Positions 19,145 through 27,300 of a stretch of 32,000 nt of DNA are shown here, piece by piece (the first letter of the stretch is position 1; each line of letters opens with the position of its first letter). Below the pieces are notes generated by a model. It searched no databases. It saw only the letters and a program-made list of their open reading frames with translations, and was not told where the DNA came from. The stretch covers positions 4,050,001 through 4,082,000 of the forward strand of contig NC_008312.1 of the NCBI RefSeq assembly GCF_000014265.1, in the 5' to 3' direction. This DNA comes from Trichodesmium erythraeum IMS101. GTDB lineage: Bacteria > Cyanobacteriota > Cyanobacteriia > Cyanobacteriales > Microcoleaceae. The position numbers and the translations under genes are program-made.

Positions 19145-19854
19145 TATATGATAGCTGATGGTTAAATTCATAAAAGCATAACTCATCCCTATCTCCTCGG
19201 TGGGAGGGGATCAATAGGTTCTGGGCTAAGTCTGTGATAGTTTCATTGGAAATAAGTGAGGTAAGGTTTTTGATTAACTGTATTCTATTTTGAGCTATTT
19301 TTGGATCGCCTTTAGCTGTTTCATTGAAAGCTACTTGAGAAATATATATTTCAAAATTATTTCGGGGAGTATTCCATTATTCTCTGGTTATTGCTATGTT
19401 AGCAGCAACAATTAGATTTTGTCTGGGTCTGGCGGTTGAATAGCTGATAACACTTTTTTCTAAATATAAGGTTTCATTTATGTTGAAAATATTTTCTATT
19501 CCTGACTTCCTATTCCTTTTTATTTAAATGTTGGCAGAAGACCCGCGCTGTTTTATCAGAGCAGCGTCGGGAGGATATCAACCTATTTGGTTACAGCAGT
19601 TTTCCTGTTGGTAAACTACAGTGGGTATGTTTTGCTACGGGACATGAAACGCATTTTTGTTATGCAAAATTCCTATATACAAGGTCTCTACAAGGTTTTG
19701 GTTATGGCGATGTAGTTCATCAATTTGAAAAGCGCTATAAAAAATAGGGCTTACCTAAACTCGTCGATAATACGGTATTTGTAGAAGGTGAATGCCAGCA
19801 AGCTACTAAACATGGTGTTTCTGGGTAAGTCCTGAAAAAAAATTGAATGGGAGT

Positions 19855-20823
19855 TTAAATTTGAGGTGATGCTAGCTTTCCCCATAGTAATAAAAACCAA
19901 GGAACTTTGATGTTTGGTATTAACCATGCATATTTTCTGAGGGCAGGAACAGTAATAGGAAGCAAAAAACGAAGAGAACGTATAGATATCGGACAGTTAC
20001 CATTCTCATCTATTATATTATATTTTTTAGCAACTTCAGCAACAATGCAGACTTTTCCTGTCTGGTCCATAATATTTGCTTTGGTTGCAAGGGTTGCAAT
20101 GACTCTGCCTATAAAGAAAGGGGTTTCCCAATTTTTTGTATCACCAAATGTATCTAAAATATTGCTATTATCTGACTGATGGGTTAAGTTAATTATACGC
20201 TCGGTGCTGACAATTCCTGGCCAAATAGATATGGAAGCAATATTATCTGGTTTTAATTCTACTGCCATGTCTGCAGCTAAACGATCCTTTGCTGCTTTCC
20301 CGGCACCATAGGTGGCACCAAATAGATAGGACATTCCGCCCCAGGAGGAGATAGTAAAAATGATTCCGCCCCCACGAGGAGCCATCATTCTGGCAGCAAA
20401 TACGCTGCTAATATAGTGACTGCGAAGACCTACGTTGTTCACACTATCCCAAAGATGAGGTTCAGATTTCCAGAATGGCTGACTGTAGGCATCTTTGAGG
20501 GCTCCTGCTCCTGAAAAGGCGTTGTTAATTAATATATCTAGTTGTCCCTGTTGTTCGTTTTTGATGCGCTCAAATAGTAAACGGACTTGTTCGTCATCGG
20601 TATGATCTACTTGAATGGCAATACACTTACCGCCGGCTTTTTCAACGGCTACTTGGGTTTCTTCAAGGGTACCGGAAATGCTATCGTTGATATAAGGTTT
20701 TTTGAGGCTACGTCCTGTAATATATACAGTGGCGCTGGCTTCACCTAGAGCTATTGCGATGCCTTTGCCTATGCCTCTGGTTGCTCCTGTAACTAATGCT
20801 ACTTTATTTTTTAGGTTTGTCAT
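19855..20823 (-). CDS. Short-chain dehydrogenase/reductase (SDR) family oxidoreductase
   Basis: 322-aa ORF with the cofactor motif VTGATRGIGKG, NNAF, and the catalytic YGAGKAA (YxxxK). Confidence 0.9.
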   Translation of the reverse strand: MTNLKNKVALVTGATRGIGKGIAIALGEASATVYITGRSLKKPYINDSISGTLEETQVAVEKAGGKCIAIQVDHTDDEQVRLLFERIKNEQQGQLDILINNAFSGAGALKDAYSQPFWKSEPHLWDSVNNVGLRSHYISSVFAARMMAPRGGGIIFTISSWGGMSYLFGATYGAGKAAKDRLAADMAVELKPDNIASISIWPGIVSTERIINLTHQSDNSNILDTFGDTKNWETPFFIGRVIATLATKANIMDQTGKVCIVAEVAKKYNIIDENGNCPISIRSLRFLLPITVPALRKYAWLIPNIKVPWFLLLWGKLASPQI

Positions 20824-21387
20824 AGTTGCTTGTTTAATAGTTGGCTAAGTATAGTTTAGCGAAAAACAATGCTTTGATTAAATTTATCAGGTATTTTAGG
20901 TGAATCTAAATTTGGCAAAATATAAGGTGTTTTTTCGGTTACAGCGGTTTTTATTTCAGGAGACTACTGTAGTGATGTTCCATGGAGGGTGTCTAGAAGG
21001 TTTGGGTTGTGATGATGTGGTTTATTAGCTGTAATAGGCGATCGCTATTAAGGTACAGTATTAAAGTACAGTCATAGTTAAGGTCACTTGAATAAGTTTT
21101 AGCTATTTCCAGAAAAGTTCAAGACCGAAAATATGAGGCAGATGCTAACTTTGGTCTTGGTTCTGTTTACAATAATATAGGTCAACTGTTTTACTAAAAT
21201 TATCACATTTATATGATGGCTGATGTTTAAACTTATAAAAACTACATTCTGCTATTGCACTGGCGAGTTTATGATTTTTGAGCATTCTACTGACGTTTAA
21301 GTTTTCAATTACAATGGTGCTGTGGTTTTTAGGTAACGATGTTGTCTCATATCAGCTATTTTTTTTTGTGCTTTTTCTATGTTTTCA

Positions 21388-21417
21388 CGGAACGGAACGG
21401 AACGGAACGGAACGGAA
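21388..21417. repeat. Pentanucleotide microsatellite (CGGAA)x6
   Basis: Six perfect units followed by GGGAAGG. It lies inside the tnpB remnant. Confidence 0.95.
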
Positions 21418-21595
21418 GGGAAGGTTGGTAAAAGGTTGCTAATGAGCTTGTCGTTTTTTTGCTTGTTTGTGGGCTTTGACGTTTGCAAGTTTGCTTCCAT
21501 CACTACAAGTCCCTAGAACGTTTATGTCAATATCTACGCCTATAACTGCTCGTTTTTTAGGGGTAGACTTGGGCTGATATTCGTATTTATTTTTT

Positions 21596-22001
21596 GCGTT
21601 GATTAAAAAGTCATGAGTATAAGCGAGTTAACGCAACCTTACTTTTATAATATCAAAAAAAATCTCGTTTGCCAAGGGAATTTCTTTGGGAATTTCGTTT
21701 TTCTCAAGGTTAACTAAGGTTAATTGATTCTTGGGATAATTGGGGTCGTTTTTTTTTGCGTTGATTAAAAAGTCATGAGTATAAGCGAGTTAACCCCACC
21801 TTGCTTTTATAATATCAAAAAAAATCTCGTTTGCCAAGGGAATTTCTTTGGGAATTTCGTTTTTCTCAAGGTTAACTAAGGTTAATTGATTCTTGGGATA
21901 ATCGGGGTCGTTTTTTTTGCGTTGATTAAAAAGTCATAAGTATATGCGAGTTCACCCCACCATACTTTTATAATATCAAAAAAAATCTCGTTTGCCAAGA
22001 T
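21596..22001. repeat. Tandem repeat of ~162 bp, about 2.5 copies
   Basis: GCGTTGATTAAAAAGTCAT[G/A]AGTAT starts at 21596, 21758 and 21919 (periods 162 and 161). The third copy diverges after TTTGCCAAG near 22000. Confidence 0.9.
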
Positions 22002-22083
22002 AACTTCCTTTTTCCGGCTATTTTTTTTTGCTCAATAATTACAGCAATTTTTTTAGGAGTCAGAAAATTTAGGGGGTTAAGAG

Positions 22084-22185
22084 ATAAGCATTTAGCTGTT
22101 AGCTATCAGGAGGAATTAGCTTTTCAGAAGAGTTAAAGGTTTGAAAGAAAAAAGATAATTACCTCAATTTAGTAATTTATTTTTT
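22084..22185 (-). repeat. Inverted, diverged copy of the 18048-18288 element family
   Basis: ATAAGCATTTAGCTGTTAGCTATCAGG...AAAAGATAATTACCTCAATTTAGTAATTTATT matches the reverse complement of the ends of the 18.0-18.3 kb copies. Confidence 0.6.
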
Positions 22186-22394
22186 TTTGTAGGCATTAGG
22201 GCGCTTTTGAAATTGATAAATTACATCCCTATAACTAAAATCTTGTAGTGACTTTATATGCAACTTCCCTACTTCGGTCTACTAAGATAAAAATTGCTGT
22301 AAATTTTGAATCTTCAGCTATTAGCTAAAGGCAGTAATTGATCTGCAAAATTATTTTTTCTCGCTTCCTCTCCTGACTGAGCTTCCTTGATAAG

Positions 22395-24116
22395 TTAATT
22401 ACTAGAAGTTACTCCTAAAATACATTTTGCTTCTAGTAAAACTAAGTTATGAATATCTAGAACTCGACATTTTTCTGGCACATTTAATAAGGTGGGAGTT
22501 ATGCCATTTTCCATCTGACTTTTAACTAGGTTGGCGGCGGTATAATTTAATTGTTGAAGACGATGGTTTTTTCTGACATATTCTAAGGTTAATGCTTGAG
22601 AATCTAATAACCAAAAGTCAATTTTATATTTGTGGATAATTTTTTTGACTTCTTCTAGGTTCGGACTATATTGGGCTTGGATTAAATCTTTGGCTCGTTG
22701 TTTGATTTGATTATAATATCCTTGGTGATAAGGTAAAGCATATTCGGAACTTACTAATATTGAACGTTTGGCAAATGTGGGAATATTATTAGCTTCTAAT
22801 GCTAAGGAGGCGATGCGAATATCTGAGGGTTGTTGGGCTAAATATTCATAAAGTTGGGGTGCTTTTCCGACTACATAATTGGTTACGGGAAAGTTGTTGG
22901 TTAGGGCTGGATATATAATAATTAAGGTTAATACTATATATATAGATGTAGATATGGAGATAGCTCTTATTTTTTGGAGTGGTTGGTTTTTGGATGAATT
23001 GTTGAGGAGATGGAGCTTTTTTCTGATTAATTCTATGATTAATGTGAAGGCTATTCCTCCTGCTAAAGCCATGATTATTCTGAGGCTATGTTGACTGTAA
23101 CGACTGGGATGATGTAGTCGAAATAATAATAGGTGGGCGGCTATAAATATTCCGGTTGATGCTAAGGCTAATTCTGGTAAAAGGATTATTTTGTTGGTGA
23201 TTTTTTGGGTTATATTTTTTTTGTTGAAGCTTAAGAAAATGAATAATAATAATCCTGCCCAAACTTGGGGGGGAAGAAAAGATTGGGATAGCCATTCTGG
23301 AGGAATAATGCCGGAGCGATCGCCTGTTAACCAAAAGTCAAAGTTGTTGTTTGAAAAGAAGGATGCTCTACCACCGGGGAAAAATTCTGGTAGTTTTTTG
23401 GCTTGGGTTAATGTAATGATTGGGCTATATTCGGAGGTGTTTAAAGCGTAGGGTAAAAGTATGAGGAATGCTGTGGTTAAACCTATGGTTAATATGGTGA
23501 GTTTTTGTTGGTTTGGGAGGTGGAGAAAGTCTAAGGTTAGGAGGGCGGCACTGAGGAAAACTCCTTGGGGATAAAATAATCCTAGAAGGGTAATTGTTAT
23601 GATTATTCCTAGGGAGGATTTTTTGAGGAAGTAATGGAGAAATCCTAGGAATAAGGGATAGAAAAATGCTCTGGGGGTGCCGGAGATGAGGTCGTCTTTT
23701 AGCCAAAGATTTTGATTTAAAAATAATGTACTGAGAAATCCTGCGAGTGGGATGGGTAATATTTGTATTGCTACTTTGAAACAGTAGGCGGTTGTGATTA
23801 ATCCTAATATTATTGGCAGGATTTTATTTAGTAATAAGGGTGGAATTTTGATGAGGGAAAATAGTTTATAAAGGTGGGTATATCCTTGGGGGGCTACTGA
23901 TTGAAAATAGTCGGCAATAATGTCGTTGGGAAAAAGTTCGGGGTTGAGAAATTTTGCCATCCAAAAGATGTGGGACCGGGCGTCGTCTTGGACTATATAT
24001 TGATGACTAAGGGCGGGAATTATTCCTAAAATTCCACAGGTTATGGCTAGGGTGAGGCTGAGATAAAACCAGAGTTTGACTGGGGTTAATGTGGTTAAAG
24101 TTTTGGCTGGGTTCAT
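22395..24116 (-). CDS. Polytopic integral membrane protein, possibly a GT-C-type glycosyltransferase
   Basis: 573-aa ORF with about 12 hydrophobic helices. An acidic motif (VQDDARSH) follows TM1, as in GT-C enzymes. The ~170-aa soluble C-terminal domain is unassigned, and the function is not established. Confidence 0.8.
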   Translation of the reverse strand: MNPAKTLTTLTPVKLWFYLSLTLAITCGILGIIPALSHQYIVQDDARSHIFWMAKFLNPELFPNDIIADYFQSVAPQGYTHLYKLFSLIKIPPLLLNKILPIILGLITTAYCFKVAIQILPIPLAGFLSTLFLNQNLWLKDDLISGTPRAFFYPLFLGFLHYFLKKSSLGIIITITLLGLFYPQGVFLSAALLTLDFLHLPNQQKLTILTIGLTTAFLILLPYALNTSEYSPIITLTQAKKLPEFFPGGRASFFSNNNFDFWLTGDRSGIIPPEWLSQSFLPPQVWAGLLLFIFLSFNKKNITQKITNKIILLPELALASTGIFIAAHLLLFRLHHPSRYSQHSLRIIMALAGGIAFTLIIELIRKKLHLLNNSSKNQPLQKIRAISISTSIYIVLTLIIIYPALTNNFPVTNYVVGKAPQLYEYLAQQPSDIRIASLALEANNIPTFAKRSILVSSEYALPYHQGYYNQIKQRAKDLIQAQYSPNLEEVKKIIHKYKIDFWLLDSQALTLEYVRKNHRLQQLNYTAANLVKSQMENGITPTLLNVPEKCRVLDIHNLVLLEAKCILGVTSSN

Positions 24117-24307
24117 TTTGGTAAATGGGGAGGTGGGCGGCTGGAGGTATGGGGTTGGGGCTGTTTTTTGAGTAGTTATGGTTTTACATGATCTTTTAGG
24201 TTGGATATTAAGACTGGTTGCTTGGGTTTGGGCCCTCTGGTATGGTCTTGTCTATTTTATTGGGTGTTGGGGGCGATCGTAAATGTGTGTCAGAACTGTG
24301 GGAATGG

Positions 24308-27300
24308 CTATGTTGCATATTGCTGTAATATCTTTTTTGCCCAGATCTGTAGTTGTTCGTCTGAGTCGTTTTCGGCTCTGTCTTGTAATAGTGGGATGGT
24401 TTGGGGATGGTCTGGGTATTGTTTGACTATTGCTTCTAGTGCTGTTTGTCGAGGGTTGTCTTGAATTTCATGTATACGTTCAAAGGGATCGTTGAGGGCG
24501 TTGTCATAAAATATTTCAAAAGTTCCGGGCTCGTGTTTCCAACCAGTTGCTATTTGTCCGACGGCTTCAGTTCGCACCCGCCAACTTTCATCAGACAGAA
24601 CCCTTTGTTTGAGTAATTCTAAAATTCCGGGCTCGTGTTTCCAAACAGTTGCTATTTGTTCGACGGCTTCAGTTCGCACAAACTCACTTTCATCAGACAC
24701 AACCCTTGGTTTGAGTAATTCTAAAATTCCGGGCTCGTGTTTCCAACCAGTTACTATTTGTCGGAGGGCTTCAGTTCGCACCTGCCAACTTTCATCAGAC
24801 ACAACCCTTTGTTTGAGTAGTTCTAAAATTCCGGGCTCGTGTTTCCAACCAGTTGCTATTTGTCGGAGGGCTTCAGTTCGCACCCACCAACTTTCATCAG
24901 ACACAACCCTTTCTTTGAGTAATTCTAAAATTCCGGGCTCGTGTTTCCAAGCAGTTGCTATTTGTCGGAGGGCTTCACGTCGCACATCCGAATTTTCATC
25001 AGACACAACCCATTGTTTGAGTAGTTCTAAAATTCCGGGCTCGTGTTTCCAACCAGTTGCTATTTGTCGGACGGCTTCAGTTCGCACCCACCAACTTTCA
25101 TCAGACACAACCCTTTGTTTGAGTAATTCTAAAATTCCGGGCTCGTGTTTCCAAGCAGTTGCTATTTGTCGGAGGGCTTCAGTTCGCACAGACTCACTAT
25201 CATCAGACACAACCCATTGTTTGAGTAGTTCTAAAATTCCGGGCTCGTGTTTCCAACTAGTTGCTATTTGTCGGAGGGCTTCAGTTCGCACATCCAAGTT
25301 TTCATCAGACACAACCCATTGTTTGAGTAATTCTAAAATTCCGGGCTCGTGTTTCCAACTAGTTGCTATTTGTTCGAGTACTTCACGTCGCACATCCGAA
25401 TTTTCATTAGACACAACCCATTGTTTGAGTAATTCTAAAATTCTGGGCTCGTGTTTCCAACCAGTTGCTATTTGTTCGAGTGCTTCACGTCGCACATCCA
25501 AATTTTCATCAGACACAACCCATTGTTTGAGTAATTCTAAAATTCCGGGCTCGTGTTTCCAACCAGTTGCTATTTGTCGGACGGCTTCAGTTCGCACATC
25601 CGAATTTTCATTAGACACAACCCATTGTTTGAGTAATTCTAAAATTCCGGGCTCGTGTTTCCAACCAGTTGCTATTTGTTCGAGTGCTTCACGTCGCACA
25701 TACTCACTTTCATCAGACACAACCCTTTCTTTGAGTAATTCTAAAATTCCGGGCTCGTGTTTCCAAGCAGTTGCTATTTGTCGGAGGGCTACACCTCGTA
25801 CATTCAAGTCATCATCAGACACAACTCTTTCTTTGAGTAATTCTAAAATTCCGGGCTCGTGTTTCCAACCAGTTGCTATTTGTCCGACGGCTTCAGTTCG
25901 CACAAACCAACTTTCATCAGACACAACCCATTGTTTGAGTAATTCTAAAATTCCGGGCTCGTGTTTCCAACCAGTTGCTATTTGTCCGACGGCTTCAGTT
26001 CGCACAAACCAACTTTCATCAGACACAACCCATTGTTTGAGTAATTCTAAAATTCCGGGCTCGTGTTTCCAACCAGTTGCTATTTGTCGGACGGCTTCAG
26101 TTCGCACATCCGAGTCGTCATCAGACACAGCCCTTTGTTTGAGTAATTCTAAAATTCCGGGCTCGTGTTTCCAACCAGTTGCTATTTGTCGGAGGGCTTC
26201 AGTTCGCACCTGCCAACTATCATCAGACACAACCCTTTGTTTGAGTAATTCTAAAATTCCGGGCTCGTGTTTCCAACCAGTTGCTATTTGTTCGAGTGCT
26301 TCACGTCGCACAGACTCACTATCATCAGACACAACCCATTGTTTGAGTAATTCTAAAATTCCGGGCTCGTGTTTCCAACCAGTTGCTATTTGTCGGAGGG
26401 CTTCAGTTCGCACTTGCCAACTATCATCAGACACAACCCATTGTTTGAGTAATTCTAAAATTCCGGGCTCGTGTTTCCAACCAGTTGCTATTTGTCGGAC
26501 GGCTTCAGTTCGCACTTGCCAACTATCATCAGACACAACCCTTTGTTTGAGTAATTCTAAAATTCCGGGCTCGTGTTTCCAACCAGTTGCTATTTGTCGG
26601 ACGGCTTCAGTTCGCACAGACTCACTATCATCAGACACAACCCATTGTTTGAGTAATTCTAAAATTCCGGGCTCGTGTTTCCAACCAGTTGCTATTTGTC
26701 GGACGGCTTCAGTTCGCACAGACTCACTATCATCAGACACAACCCATTGTTTGAGTAATTCTAAAATTCCGGGCTCGTGTTTCCAAACAGTTGCTATTTG
26801 TTCGACGGCTTCACGTCGCACAGACTCACTATCATCAGACACAGCCCATTGTTTGAGTAATTCTAAAATTCCCGGCTCATGTTTCCAACCAGTTGCTATT
26901 TGTCGGAGGGCTTCAGTTCGCACATGCCAACTTTCATTAGACACAACCCATTGTTTGAGTAATTCTAAAATTCCCGGCTCATGTTTCCAACCAGTTGCTA
27001 TTTGTCGGAGGGCTTCAGTTCGCACATCCAAATTTTCATCAGACACAACCCATTGTTTGAGTAATTCTAAAATTCCGGGCTCGTGTTTCCAACCAGTTGC
27101 TATTTGTCGGACGGCTTCAGTTCGCACAGACTCACTATCATCAGACACAACCCATTGTTTGAGTAATTCTAAAATTCCGGGCTCGTGTTTCCAACCGGTA
27201 GCTATTTGTCGGACGGCTTCAGTTCGCACAAACCAACTTTCATCAGACACAACCCTTTCTTTAAGCCAAGCATAAGTTGAAGAGTCATCCCTCCAGGATG

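Larger units (their letters stand above)
21145..22001 (-). pseudogene. tnpB: Decayed TnpB (IS200/IS605 OrfB, RuvC-like) gene remnant
   Basis: My minus-strand translations give ...DFLINAKNKYEYQPKSTPKKRAVIGVDIDINVLGTCSDGSKLAN... (RuvC-I GVDxG block, about 21527-21540), then ...KIADMRQHRYLKTTAP in another frame, then IVIENLNVSRMLKNHKLASAIAECSFYKF (RuvC-II E block). The pieces are separated by frameshifts and in-frame stops. The C-terminal zinc finger and RuvC-III are absent. No tnpA is present. Confidence 0.65.

Noticed and set aside
14348-19833. A perfect 14-nt inverted match, AGGACTTACCCAGA (14348-14361) with its reverse complement at 19820-19833, as termini of a 5.5-kb mobile element. A third degenerate copy, AGGGCTTACCTA, lies at about 19746.
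   Set aside because: A few 14-mer matches are expected by chance in 32 kb when both orientations are considered, and more in AT-biased DNA. The match does not extend, there are no target-site duplications, and the interior holds ordinary genes (the nagB-like gene) and no transposase.
22879-23706. Nested ORFs within or antisense to the membrane-protein gene (22879-23094, 23086-23334, 23191-23451, 23425-23706).
   Set aside because: All are fully contained in the 573-aa ORF, which has coherent TM-helix periodicity. The alternative frames give Pro/Arg/Ser-rich or low-complexity peptides.
24524-27262. The repeat hypervariability as a diversity-generating retroelement (DGR) target.
   Set aside because: No reverse transcriptase or template repeat is in the window. 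The variable codons differ at all four bases (for example GATAGTGAGTCT versus GAAAGTTGGTTT), not only at adenine-templated positions. Variation is between paralogous repeats, not within a single VR.
24609-27275. 888-aa plus-strand ORF antisense to the HEAT-repeat region (SNSKIPGSCFQPVAICR...).
   Set aside because: It is the mirror image of a perfectly periodic 102-bp repeat that happens to lack stop codons on the opposite strand. The minus-strand frame continues into a bona fide NACHT domain and has an RBS, while the plus-strand frame has neither.
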